Source: Lingula anatina
Taxonomy: Eukaryota; Animalia; Brachiopoda
Length of the DNA: 64,000 bases
Reading direction: 5' to 3'
Assembly (NCBI GenBank): GCA_051362555.1
Contig: CM120641.1
Coordinates: forward strand, 17,732,001 to 17,796,000
Of this stretch, positions 1-13,048 are shown piece by piece. Every line of letters begins with the position of its first letter. Position 1 is the first letter of the stretch. The position numbers were made by a program, and so were the translations under genes. The notes below the pieces were generated by a model. The model was not told the DNA's origin. It saw only the letters and a list, made by a program, of their open reading frames with translations, and did not search any database.

Positions 1-663
1 ACAAATGAGATAACAGTTTTATATCCTCTTGCACTACTATCAAAAAAATTACTACTCTGATACAGCACTAATTTAATCGATTAAGTTTTGTTCACATACA
101 ATGGGATAGAGAAAGATGAATGTCAATAAACTGGTTAAACTAACATAACTCTTCTCAGACAAGATAATTAAGATACTGGAAATTTTAAAACCCTCAGATA
201 CCATTTGCATGAATTTAAAAAAATTGTGTAAAATTATTTTAGGCCAGGCTATGCAACTTTGCCTAATTTGAGACGCAGAGAAGATAGGAATACGATTCTG
301 GATATGGATTACTGGGCTTCAGAGGTATGAGATGTTTCTGTTTATTTTTGATACAGCAGAAAAAAATTTTTAATGTATTCAAGTGGACAGTTTTTTTTCC
401 AATATATGATCTATTTAGAAAAAAAATTGATAAAATTAGTGTTGATTCACTGATTATATTTTTTTGGATTCTTTTGTTGATAATTTTATTCAATCATTTA
501 TTTATTTGTTTTATTTATTAGTATATTTTTTAATTATATGTTGTAACAAGAATAGGATAACTGAGTGCTCAGGCAATTTGGCCCCCAAATGTCTTTTTTA
601 ACTCCAGAGCATATGGAATTTTAGTTTAGAAAACTGCAAGATAGTTATTTTTCTTTTTCTCAG

Positions 664-1425
664 AACTGTCTCCACGTTTTCATCAAATTTACCATTGCAG
701 ATGTTTTGAAAAAAATGTGAAGCAAATCAGAACTTCAAATCTTGAACTCTTGATTTTCCCTCAGTTTTTTAGTTTTGTTGAATTATTAAATTTGCAGATC
801 AGTCAAACTCTCCAACTAATATTAGAAAAGACCAATCCTGTGCCAGATACCCTTCTGATATCTTCACTGGTAAAGGAAAGAATTTGCTTTAAACTTTCTT
901 ACATTCCTGCTTCAACTGACTGGCATAATTTTGCGGAGGAGATAGGTAGGTGTATAAGCTACGTACAGTGTGTTCTAGAAATATGTTATTAGCAAAAGAT
1001 AGCATAACAATATGAATCAAGACTTATTCTGTTATGATGATTGGCATGTACATTGGGTACCTGCAGTTTTTTCTGCACTTAACATTTCTTCATTATAATC
1101 AGTCCTGTTTGATCGAAATACTACTTTATTGAATTTATATAACTAGTATTTAATATTTTTTTATTATTAAATATTGTTAAACGCTTTTCTGGTAGGTCTT
1201 CATGCAGATGACATTGGTATCATAGAAAACTTTGCCAGATTCCACAACGTTTGCCCAGCCAAGATAGTGCTAAACCACTGGCAGGTGCTAGAAAATAATG
1301 GTGTGATTGCCAGTGATTCCACAAGTATCAAACACTGTACCAAGCAGTCTCTGTTGGACATATTGGAAAAATTGGAGAGATTAGATTTAGTAGAACTTAT
1401 TAAGAACCGGGATAGAAAACAGTAG
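664..1425 (+). CDS. Death-domain-containing protein, 3' exons only (664-945 and 1196-1425)
   Basis: The AG acceptor at 662-663 opens a stop-free frame (ELSPRFHQIYHCRCFEKNVKQ...ICFKLSYIPASTDWHNFAEEI). The GT donor at 946 joins in phase to the acceptor at 1194-1195 (G|LHADDIGIIENFARFHNVCPAKIVLNHWQ...LLDILEKLERLDLVELIKNRDRKQ*). The DW..FA..IG / P...VL..W / LL..LE.LER.DL pattern is typical of death folds. An alternative acceptor at 796-797 is possible, and upstream exons are unresolved. Confidence 0.7.
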
Positions 1426-1454
1426 GAAAATGGTCAGTCGTTTCTATATGCAAG

Positions 1455-1485
<31 letters not shown>

Positions 1486-2559
1486 GCAAAACTGTGTAAA
1501 TATCATTCAGTATTTTAGTCAAAGATTGTTCATGTTTCACAATGTTAAATTGTGTATGATATGCTCACTGCCGCACATTTTATAAGAGCTTAAACTTACC
1601 AATGTTTTAGCACCAATTACTGGAACTGAGGCAAAATTTTCTGAGAAAATAAAATTGTCTTATGATGATAACCAGAAGACTATTATGTACAAAATTATTG
1701 AAAAGTGAGAAACTTGCATCTTAATTGTGTATTTTTTTATGAATTTAATGTGAAATGCAGTTCTGTTTAAATATGTAAGTATATATGTGGTTTTATAGAT
1801 ATATATATTGGAAATTTTAACATTGGTGCTTGGGGAAGAAATTTTAAGTTCCTGCAACATTTCCTCCTAGCACCAGTTATAAGATGTGTGATTTAAAAGA
1901 TTCAAATCAATAACTTAAAGTATAAATGGTTACAAGCAGCTCACCAGGAGACACCAATATCAATGTATTTTCTGATTTATAGACTTATCTTGTACTTTTA
2001 AGGTGTAGAAATAAATTGTATAATTCAGCTTGCACACTGACACAGTAGTATATATATACTACTTATTTAGTTAATGCTTTATGTGGTGAGATTTAATCTT
2101 TTTTCCTGAAACATCAGAGGGATTGATCAATGTGTTCTGTTAATTTACTGGCAGCTGGTCTGTTTATGCCTGTTTTGGTTTAGATTTTCAATTTCAAAAA
2201 GGCTCTCCATTTGCAGCTTTTAGCTGATGAGAATTCTACATTTTCAAAGTATGGAATACTTTGTTTTGTAAGCCTATTGCACACATTACATGATTGTTAC
2301 AAAAGACTGACATGTTACATAGGCACTTTTATATGACACATATTGTGTATACTTTGTTGTAGACAATTGCAAGTTGGTGTTTGGTGTCAGGTGATATGTA
2401 GTAAAAAATATTTTAAATAAATTGTCATTTGCTTTGATGTAGTGCAATTCTCTTGTGGCAGATGGAATCTCACTGCAAAGGATAACACGTTTTTCTCTAA
2501 TTGTCAGCTCAGCAAATATGATATGTGTCTTTATTATTATTGTTATTATTATTATTATT

Positions 2560-2723
2560 CAGGCCCATAGTCAGCAATTTCAAAAGGGGGTTCTTTTTCT
2601 GAAAAGTGGACCTTTTTCCATAAAAACTTCATGAACCTAGATCAAATTTTACCCAGAGTGGACCTTTTCCCACCAAAAGGGGCGGTTCTTTCAAACCCCC
2701 GAACCCCCCTAGCTACAGGCCTG
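2560..2723. mobile_element. Short hAT-like MITE
   Basis: Termini CAGGCCCATAG ... CTACAGGCCTG form an imperfect TIR (CAG...CTG), flanked on both sides by TTATTATT (possible 8-bp TSD, although it lies within a TAT microsatellite). Confidence 0.55.
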
Positions 2724-3363
2724 TTATTATTATTAATATTATTATTATTAGTAGTAGTAGTATTTAAAGCTTTTAGCACAAAGATATCTGTAAAAACATT
2801 TTATCTTTGTCTGTCTTTTGTGTATGATGTGCCATATAGTACAAATTTTATGCTCAACTTTAGTTCATTGTAACAGCCATCAATGGACTTTCCAAATGTA
2901 AATGTAAATCATGGAATTTGTAGGGCAAACAGAAAGAGTTGGGTAATTTGAATTATTATAAATAATTTGCATAGAATGCAATCAAGTATTTGGGAAGTCA
3001 AGGTCTGATAGAACTCAATAATGACCTTTGTCATATCACCAAACGTAATATTGACCAGTGACATGTAGCTTTTTACCAATCGTGAGAGAAAAGACACGTC
3101 TCCAATAAAACGTTACTCATTTCAAAGTTCAATAACTATACTAGAAGCTTTTCAACAGAAATGTTGCACAGATTTTTGATACACATAATCGGACAACCAT
3201 GAAATTTCTAGTATTATAGTGAAACAATTCTGATATTATCATCAAATCAAAAACACATTGACAAGCATGTCAATTTTTGACTTAAAATTTTCATTTTTTG
3301 GTGTGCCTAAACTAAGAAAGGTAGAATATGAAATTTTTAGCAATTCCTCAAAACATCATTTTC

Positions 3364-3366
<3 letters not shown>

Positions 3367-3422
<56 letters not shown>
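3367..3422. repeat. (TA)n microsatellite
   Basis: Pure TA dinucleotide run of about 55 bp. Confidence 0.95.
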
Positions 3423-3426
<4 letters not shown>

Positions 3427-3797
3427 AATTGTTGAAGTAATTGAACTTTAAAATTAGTCATTTTTTTAGCCAGCTGATATGTGTGTATGTATAGTCAGTC
3501 AGATAACAACAGTGTTGAATATGGTAGCAATGTTGCAATTAAGATAGTGACATTTAAATATTAAATTAATTTCATAATAAAACCATTGACCTTTGCTTTC
3601 AGTCAGTATGTTGTTTTGATAATTATTAATTAACCTGGGCCAAAGATGATGGTTATAAAAAAATAATGGGTTACTATACTATGGAGGGTATACTACGTCA
3701 TTTTAATGCCTGAGCTTGCAAGAGTTTTAATAGAGTCATGACCAGTCATTAAGAAGTTATCAGAATGATGCATCTATGATAACTTATTTATTTCTTA

Positions 3798-4058
3798 GGG
3801 ATCATTCCCAGACCCTGTTGTGCTAACTGTGGATCAATCTTTCTCCTAGGAGATTCTCGCTAAATTGCAATCAACTTAAGTGGCTTTGATGTCTGTCACG
3901 CCTACTGAAGCTAACAGGGGGTAATTGATTACTGTTAGCAGCTTCAGTAGGCATACCAGACATATAAGCCACTTAATTAAGCTGAAAGCAATTTAGAGAG
4001 AAACCCCTTGGAAGTGGATCGATCCTATAAGATTGATCTAGGTATAGGAATCCAGTCT
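3798..4058. mobile_element. Degenerate palindromic MITE, probably related to the Harbinger-like family at 18259 and 61902
   Basis: Starts GGGATCATTCCCA like that family. It has an internal inverted symmetry (TTAAGTGGCTT/AAGCCACTTAA, GCCTACTGAAGCT/AGCTTCAGTAGGC) and a GATCGATC motif. Confidence 0.4.
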
Positions 4059-4823
4059 TAAAGATCCATATGCATACATGTCAACTCCCCCAGATAATAT
4101 GGACTCTCTCGGATACAGAACGAATCTCCCAGTCTCCCATATGGGTAACTTAATCTCCCATATAAAAGCGATAATTTGCATAGGTATTACACACAAAACT
4201 ATTAAAAACTGATGTCTTAAGAATAGTTGTGTGATCTTTTGAAAACTTCAAAAGTGTTCACTTCCCCATCCCCCCCTCCCACAATGAGCACAACAGCAGT
4301 GACCACTCTGCAAATCCCCCACAACACCCCACCCCAAACCCATACTGAGCAAAATTTTAGAATCTCCAGATTTTACAATTTCAGAGGTTAGCATTTCTGC
4401 ATACGGTGATTTGATATGCAAAGTGATATCCAATCATTAAAAGGTTCACACCTGACTATCATAACCTAGCTAATAATAAGGTCCCAGCACTTACGCCATA
4501 AGTTATGGTAAAATTGTGTTACATACACCATGTATACCTTATACATGTAGTATACCCCAGTAGATTGTGATGTGCATGCATTGTTTTTTTTTTTTTTTTC
4601 TTTTTTTTTTCTTTTTTTTTTTTTTTTTTTTGAATTAACATGTATTACTTCATGAGAAGGCGTAATTACTGGCAGCGCCGAGAATTAATTACAGCTTTGG
4701 AAGTAACTGCTCGCGCTGCCCGTAATTACACCATGGGGTATTCAGGGCACAGACTGTGATCACAAGATACTGCAAATAGATTTTTAGATTTTTGGAAAAT
4801 AGATTTTCCATGTGAATGCAGCC

Positions 4824-5095
4824 TAATATATTCTGTTGTACCACAAAAACGGCAGTTATAGCTATTATTCTGATATCTGAGCTTGTCTTTAGACCACGTG
4901 ACCTCCATTGATGGCTATATACTCTGTTATAATCTCTTAAGTGATTATAACAAAAAAAAAAAAAACTTTTTAGAAAAAAAAGGGACTGACTTTGAATGTA
5001 AAAATGGATTCATTAACTATTGGTAACTAAGGGAAAATTGTTGTTTACTCAAGAAAAATTCATTTTTTTGGACAAAGCGAAGAGTTATTATGCCT
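4824..5095 (-). mobile_element. Kolobok-like MITE, truncated copy in reverse orientation
   Basis: Reverse complement of the 18815-19144 element (GACCACGTGACCTCCATTGATGGCTATA...). It ends GAAGAGTTATTATGCCT followed by TTAA; the other end is missing. Confidence 0.75.
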
Positions 5096-5551
5096 TTAAT
5101 TAATTCCCCTGGTAAAATGTGACAATTTTTAAATTGTTAAAAACCAATATTGATATAGATCTACCGTAAAAAAATAATTTTAATGGACTTGCTTGGGTTC
5201 TTTCCCTCTTTTTCCCTCTTTTTCCTGTCCCCTTCCCCTCGAACTAAGAAGTCCTCATGTTTGAACTGAATATACGGTAAAGAAAGAGAAAAAAAAGCCG
5301 TGTGCGAAAAATTGTCGAAATCACTAGTAACGCGCGTGTATATGGCATTATTATGGCATTAGACTCCATACGTCTTTCTACCAGTATTTCTATGGATGTG
5401 TTTTATATTTATAATAGTAGGTTATTATTTTAACATTTACTTCTAAAAATATCAAAACAATATCGAACATTTTCTGAATTTCTGAATCGTAAATGCCCAA
5501 ACAGTAAAATGTTGAGTGAACTTTTGTATTGTAGATATTGAATGTCCGAAA

Positions 5552-8077
5552 ATGGCGGGTCGAGCAAATTTTAAACAGGTTTGTACGCTCAGATTCCAAA
5601 GTCGAAAATCATATATCATAACCGTAGCCAGTCGTATGCGTGTCACCCAGAAACTTATCTGTATATAAACTCTAAGAGGTGACGGTATTCAGACAGAATG
5701 ACATATCCCCTGAAGCTGTGTTTTGATTATTTTCTTGTAAAAATGAACGAATTTGGAGCGTGGCTTATTTGACGTGTGCCTGTTGGCGTCTCAACTTACT
5801 CAGTTATTACCAGTTGGCAGGACATTTATTATCAGTGTCTACATGCTTTTCAAATAAATTAGTTTGGCAATTGAAGACCTTCAGGACTCTGAGATAGAGA
5901 GATCAGAAGATTTTCAGATTTTTGTTTAAAAAACCTAGGAATTGGTCAAAATGGCGTTTTGAGACTTTTTACCTTGTCTTGTGTTACAAGCACTCTTACA
6001 TGTACTAGTATTATAACACACTAGTAACTGCTGTAATAAAAGAATAGAAATTAAATTTGATAAATTGCCAAATGTACTTTATGTACGTTGACAACACGTG
6101 ATATACAAATACTAGTACGGCCAATTTGGGGTAAACATTAAAAATGAAATGGAAGCAAACCAAGTCCATCAATCAGCACTTCCAAGGCTACATTGACCTA
6201 ATCTGACCTCTCAAAATGAGTCAGATTTATCCATCAAAACCTGAAAAACGCAAGAACCACAGAACCTATTAATTACTCCTACCAATTGGTATTTCAACCA
6301 ATATTTCAGGTAGTATCAGTAGCTCTGTTTTTGTGGTTATCTGCATTCTGATTCTTTCTCCAGAGTGGCACAGGTACAAGTACATGTAATGCCCACCTCC
6401 ACATCAACCAGCTCCTTGTGTACAATCTGAATCCTCATGATCAGTGAATGCTGCCATTATTAGTACAGTTTCATCCATGCATTTGTTTCACATTATCATT
6501 ATAATGACTTTTACTCCATCTCTAGCACACCCAAAAATTTTTAATTTAGGGGGAAAATAGATGAGCTAAAGACAGGAAACATGGAGCTAAGTTCCTTTAG
6601 CTAGTGCTGCTTTGATTTGGTGTTGTTTATATCACAGCTCATATTATTAGTAAGTGCTCTTTTATCTTCTTTCTTCATGTTCTTATTCTACAGGAAACTA
6701 TTCTGAAGCTGTTACAGATGCAATTTAAAGATGAGAAAACAAGAGGTAAATTTAGATTTAATGATTAAGGCCACACCATAGCCATTTGAGCAGGAACTGT
6801 TTTAGGACTTGCCCAAGAATGAAGACTGTTTGATTGCAGTTTCACACCCTTTTACTTTTTAAGGCTATTTAGAACTATATTATCTCAATACCAAAGTGAA
6901 AAGATTTGGTAAAAAAAATTTTTTTATTATCATTAATAGAAAAAGTTATACTGATTTTGACAATTCAATAGAGGAATGGTGATAGGGACTTAAGGACAGT
7001 CATGCCAGAAATACATGTACATGTACAGTATATTTTTTAATTTAAGTCGGTTTCAAAATCCTACAAACCCTTCCATGGACAATTTTGAAGAAATGGCATT
7101 ACTTTTTTTATAGATTGAATAAGGGCTGCCTAATTTTTTCTCTTGTTTCGTTACAGTTAGTGGTGATGCTCAGAAAGTGATGACAACTTTGATGCAGATC
7201 TATGTTTCAGGTAAGAAAGTATCAGTAGTGTACATGGTTTAATGGGAATATTTAATTTTTTTTCCCAATGAAAAAATATTTAGGTAGGCTTTGATTTGAG
7301 AACAAAATGTTTTGCTTATCATTTCAGAAGCTGCAGCAAGAGCAGCAAAGCAGGCAAAGGTGAGGTGCAACTAAAGTGGGGGTGAACATTGTAATGTCAT
7401 AATTTAACTGAGAGCATCTCATGGGACATGTTATAGTAAACATTAATGAAACCTTCAATTTATAAGATAAGACTTAAATATCTGTACATTGAGTGAGTAC
7501 ATATGGAACATTGCTAAATGTCATTTAAGAAAATTTATAGAAGCAGTTTTATAATTCATTCCTAGCAGAGTTGCCAACATTTCAATCCCTAAAGTTATTA
7601 TGTTCTTAATGATAGAAAAGCACCTAAAAACATTTTGGATCTCAGTAGTCAAAGCGTGTAGATAACATGTATGAAATTAGTTCTAGCAGCTCTATGACAG
7701 TGTCCCTTTAGCAAAAGCTAAAGCAAAAACGTTACCCAATGCATTGACATCAAAACAAAGTTTATTTTAAAAGCTGTTACATTTATTCTATAAAACACCC
7801 ATTTTCACGCTTCTGTAATTATAGAATGAAGGAACAACAGTTGTCGGAGTGGACCATTTTGAGAAGATTTTACCACAATTGGTAAGATGAAGAAATGTGA
7901 AAACCTAAAACAAAACAGATTTTTTTTTATTATTAATCTTATGTAGTTATTTTGTTACTTTGTTAAGGGGTTTGCAAAATGTTTAAGAAATTGTTAACAT
8001 AAATTATTTCATTTGAAAAGCATGATAAATTACGCATTACTAAGATGGTTTTTGAATTCCAGATGCTTGATTTTTGA
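5552..8077 (+). CDS. CENPX: Centromere protein X (MHF2/STRA13), histone-fold protein, 78 aa
   Basis: Six GT-AG exons in phase: 5552-5578, 6694-6745, 7157-7210, 7328-7359, 7825-7881, 8063-8077 (237 nt). Protein: MAGRANFKQETILKLLQMQFKDEKTRVSGDAQKVMTTLMQIYVSEAAARAAKQAKNEGTTVVGVDHFEKILPQLMLDF*. The motifs FKD.KTR(V)SGDA, EAA.R and EKILPQL.LDF match CENP-X. Confidence 0.95.
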
Positions 8078-8356
8078 ATGAGAGCAAAGTGATGACAGCT
8101 GAGTATCTGGACAAGGCATCACCAGGCAGTGTAATCACTTTAAGGATTTTCTCCTGAAGCTGTGATTTGTTCGGAAATATTTCAGATTACGTGATCAAAA
8201 ATTACGTCCATGCAGAGAACCCACCATGAATCATATTTCAAGGACTGGAGGATATTTCATACAAGGTGTTAAGCTGGGACATAATTAAACATGCCAGGGA
8301 GGCAGTCTTTTTAACAATTAAGTTGGAGACAGTTTTGGCACAGAAGACTGACTGGA

Positions 8357-11300
8357 TAGTCGAGTAGCCAGAACGCTAACCCTGCAGTGTTTTTTCCTGT
8401 AAACTTTTTTAGCTGAAATGCATTCTTTAGGTCGAGAGAAGCAAAATTAGCTTGGTTGCTATTTCCGAGACCTTGAGCATTTTTCAATATGGCCGTCAAT
8501 TTATGAGAAAAAATAGAAAAACGAGCAGAAGTCGCCGGGAAAACTTTATTGACAGCTTTTTTGAACGTGTATCCTATCAGGAGAGCACAACAGTACTAGT
8601 GAATACACTTAAGCCTGTTACATATAGCTAAAAAAGCCAAAATGGCCGTCAAAACATATGACAGAAAGTAAAAACAGCTGCAAAATAAGTTCGTTTTTTT
8701 GCAAATTAAGTCTTATTAAAAACATTTCCGCCTTTTCTATTTATGTCCATTATGATAATTTGTTAGTCATGATCCTAAACTCTCAGAAACTGCTTATTTG
8801 ACATTAATCAGATGGTGGCAGACGGTGCCATCTCCTGACAGTCCATTTGCCACTCCGACGAGCCCCATAGTCAAAGCTTGCTATGTTATATTTTGCAAGC
8901 TTTTTTAAAAGAAATTGTTTCATCTGGGTTACAAAACTAAGAGAAGCTTATATTACGAGATATTTACAATTTTTTTCAAAATTCAAGATGGCCGTCAATT
9001 TGTTATGTGAATAGCGAGAGCCATACATTCAAATAAAAAATTAATGCTTCACTCCATTGTTCATCATTGCATATTTATATTTATATCTATGCAAAGTGCG
9101 ATCATTTATTTCATTTTGTTATTTCAAGTAATTTTAATAAAAATGGCCTCCAAAATATAATGGAAGGGCAAAGAAACAACTGTAAAACTACAAAGCTTTT
9201 AACTAAAATAGACTTTAACTGGAACAAATATAAATACATATATAAAGTGAAAAACGATATACCTGCGTTCAAGACACAGCACACAATAAAACGTATTTTT
9301 AAGTTAGATTATTCTTATCCTTTTTTTTTGTAAACTTTTTAAATATTTTAACAGCTATGGGTAAAGGCATTTTTGTTGTTTAATAATGAATTTTATTATA
9401 AATAACCGAGATCCAAGCAGGGGTGTACAAACCCAGAGGTTAGGGTCCATGAGGTCAGATATTCTGGACAACGTGACATAGTAAAGGGATATGCGAGGGC
9501 TAGCCATCGACATCATGTATTCGAAATGTTGTTTTTGCCAATATATACTTACACATAATGGAAGCTTTGAGATAGTAATGTATGCATTTTTTTACTTGTC
9601 GGGTAGATGTATTTATTCATTGTGCATTTATTGATGACTTAGTGCTCGGGTAGTTAAGATAATGATAAGTTGTCATGTTGCCATGGTTCATTGCACATGG
9701 GTAAACTTTTTTTTTTGCAAAAATGGACCATATACACATTGAACAATACTCAGTAGGCATCTGCACATTTTGATGATTGGTTTTGGAGGCCTATAAAGGC
9801 CCAAAAAAGGCCACCCGGCCACCCATGTTGTTAGTCCAGTGAACGGAATTATGCCATGTCTATCATGTGAACAACGCACATCTCTTGGCACTGGGTGTGA
9901 GGGGAGTCTGATTTAAGCTATAATGTATGGGCTGTTCCCAACCAACAATCAGGAATCTGGTTAAATGCCACAACATGCCTGGCTCTGTTAGCGATATACC
10001 GCAGCCAGGGCGAGACAGTGTCAACTCCAGACCAGGATCGCTACAACAGGTTGCATCAGCTACGGGGCCAGTTTCGCCATGCCAGTCTTACAGCACAAGA
10101 GGCACCCGGTTGGAACAACAACCGGAGCAGCAGCCCCACTGTGCGTCGACACTTGCTGGCGGTCAACCGATGGTGGTCGTTGATGGCAACATACCAGTAA
10201 CTGCTCGTCACAACATAGATCAGATCCTGCAACCTCACATAACCTCGTTCATGCAGCAGAAAACTGATATCACCTTTTCCCAACAGGACATGACCCGTTC
10301 ACATTCGGCACAAATGATCCAAGTGTATCTGGAGTTCCAAAGGTGGATGACCTACCCCGGCCTGTCTATTTTCCGGATGTGAATCCGATTGAACACATCT
10401 GGTACTACATATATCTTGGCCGTCCGTTGGCCAAGGCAGCAGCTGATCGAGGCACTACGACAAGGCTGGAATAGGATTCCACACGACACCACCCCATCCA
10501 CATTTATTGCCCGAGCATGCGCCAACAGATCGCCGCCTGCATCGAAGCAAGCGGAGATCATACCGGCTATTGACCGTTGTGACTTTGTGTTGGGCTGGTG
10601 CCATTTTTGTTTTGAAACTGATGATTTGTATGAAAATAATCCAGTTTAGAGCTTCAAAGTAACAATTATTTTGAAAAATATGGCCGAAAAGATTTTAATG
10701 GCTGTCAGTATACATGTATAACCACAAGATTTGTAAGATGTTTTGCTTATTGACTCTTTAAAATGTAAAGTGAAAAATTGCAGTAATAAGAAAAACTAGA
10801 AATGCTGCTATATACTGATGAAATATTCTTACACGTGCCAATCTCAATAAAAAGAATGGGAAGTTTTAAAGCTAAACTTTATGTACATATTGAAATAGTT
10901 ATGATAAAGATATAAAATTAAAACATTAAGGTATGATCAATATAAAAACAAAAACGAAAAAAATAATAAGGTTAATATTTTGACAAAAGTTAAATTAAAT
11001 TACACTCACCCCCTCCCACCCCCCGTCCCCACCAACGGACTTGGTTGGACTCCATGTAAATATAAGAGTCCCGATTGCAGATTAACATTTTGGACTCCCT
11101 GTGCCCAAATTCCTGCAGAACCCCTTGTTGCCCCTTGATAAATTTTCTGCATTAAAAATAGAACTTACGTAATGGTCAGTCCAACAATGATCCTCTTTCA
11201 TAGCATCTTAGTATAACTGTACCGTACAAGTACACTTTGTCAATAAATAACAGGGTTGGATATATTTTATTATACGCCGAATTATCAGTTTAAAATGTAA

Positions 11301-12104
11301 TTCAACAGCTTTTTTTAACCTTTTTTTTTGGGCATGTTTTAGCGGTCATTTGAAATGCGGAATACCATGCACTTTAAACCCGACTCTTTACTATGTTACA
11401 TACAGGTAATTATTTATTTATAATATAATGAAATTATAATATTTTTTTATATTATTGACGGCCATCTTGAATTTTGAAAATTGATCAATGTTCCATATCT
11501 AGCCACTGCCAAGAAAGCCAAATTAAATTGGCTTTTATACTCCCAAAGTGTTAAATTCTTTTAAAAAATTCAGGGAATAACATTTTAAGTATTTGACTAT
11601 GGGACCCGGAGAAGTAGCAAACAGACTCTTGGGGGGTTATTGAACTGTCAGATAAGCTTATTCCAAGAGTTTCGGGTCATGACTAACAAAATGTTATAAT
11701 AAACATAAATATAAAAAGGGGATATGGTTTTAATAAAAATAAATATGCAAAAAACAAACTGATTCTGCAGCTTTTATCATTTTCTGCCTTATGTTTTGAC
11801 GGCCATTTTGGTTTTTTGCTATATGTAACGGGCTTAAGCGTATTCACTAGTACTGTTGTGCTCTTCTGATAGGATACACGTTCAAAAAAGCTGTCAATAA
11901 AGTTTACCCGGCGACTTCTGGTCGTTTTTCTATTTTTCCTCATAAATTGACGGCCATATTGAAAAATGCTCAAGGTCTCGGAAATAGCAACCAAGCTAAT
12001 TTTGCTTCTCTCGGCCTGAAGAATGCATTTCAGCAAAAAAAAGTTTACAGGAAAGAACATTGCAGGGTTCGACTATTGGGTCTATGGGAGTGGCGACTCG
12101 ACTA
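8357..12104. mobile_element. Non-autonomous Academ-like DNA transposon with long TIRs
   Basis: Termini TAGTCGAGT ... ACTCGACTA, with a 3-bp direct repeat GGA on both flanks (8354-8356, 12105-12107). Inverted similarity runs about 8357-9000 versus 11455-12104 and is near-identical in the outer ~300 bp. TAG...CTA ends with a 3-bp TSD fit the Academ superfamily. No Academ transposase is seen. Confidence 0.75.
9851..10571 (+). pseudogene. Decayed Tc1-type transposase nested inside the Academ-like element
   Basis: Frameshifted fragments are recognisable: HTH region (GCSQPTIRNLV...GSVSDIPQPGR, TPDQDRYNRL), QQD(N>M)TRSH, PDVNPIEHIW at about 10374-10403 (Tc1 SPDLNPIE.W motif), and QQLIEALRQGWNRIP. 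It carries multiple frameshifts and deletions. Confidence 0.8.
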
Positions 12105-13048
12105 GGACCATGGGTGGGGGAAAAACTGTTGAACATATTCGACATCTTTAAGATGCATTTTATCATGAAATGTTGGCCTTTTAGTCAGCAGAAAATATTT
12201 TTATTATATTGGTAGATGAATATTAAGAAGTAACATAAATATGTGACAATTTTAAATTTCATCAGTAGCTATGTCACATAATTTGTACCAGTACCTTATT
12301 AATTGTGTTAAGGTATGGATGAGAAGCATCCACACCATTGACCACATCAAAGTGCTGTTACAGTGTGGATTCAGGTTAGTTGCTTTCACAGGTTGGGGAT
12401 TTTCTCATTTCACAGCACTCTCAAGATTCTTTCATTATTTATTGCACCACTGTCCCTAACCACGTAGAACAATGACTAAGCAAAATGTGGAACAGTGAGA
12501 CAAACAACCTGCTGATTATTATCACACTCGTGTTGTTGGGGAAAGAGCCGTCACTGTCGCAGCTAACGCACTGTGGCCTTTGATTTTAGTCGAGCTGCAA
12601 GCTGGACGATCGGTGAACGGTGATATATTCCACCATTTAAAACTCAAACGTCTGTGTGAGTGAACCATTATATGTTACCAGTGAGTGAGCGTGAACGCAT
12701 GTCATTATTTGGACTCGGTGAGGCACGAGCACGTTTTAACGTTGTGAATTCTATCCTTCCATTTGCATTCGTAGAACTGCAGCCGAACAAATGTCGCTTG
12801 CCTCATAAAATACACTAGCGATTTGTCTCTGTTAAACATGTTGTAAAGTGCCAATAAATGCTTCTTTATTTATTTGCCAGATTGTTTTCTTTTTATTAGT
12901 TATTATTGTTATTTTTTTTTTAATTTACCCCGCATGGTCTAATACATGTTATGTAAATTTAGTGTAGCTAAGCGGCCCTGTAAACCAAAACAAAGCAACG
13001 TGAGCCATGTAAATAGACCGACGTCTTCTCCTATGTTCAAAAGCAAGT

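Noticed and set aside
243-324. Possible upstream exon of the death-domain gene (PGYATLPNLRRREDRNTILDMDYWASE)
   Set aside because: It has AG/GT boundaries, but its open frame ends in phase 0, which does not fit the phase-1 acceptor at 664 (it would fit only the 798 acceptor). Left unresolved.
11683-12060. 125-aa ORF (and 8311-8499) as a transposase candidate
   Set aside because: They lie within the non-coding TIR arms and show no transposase motifs.
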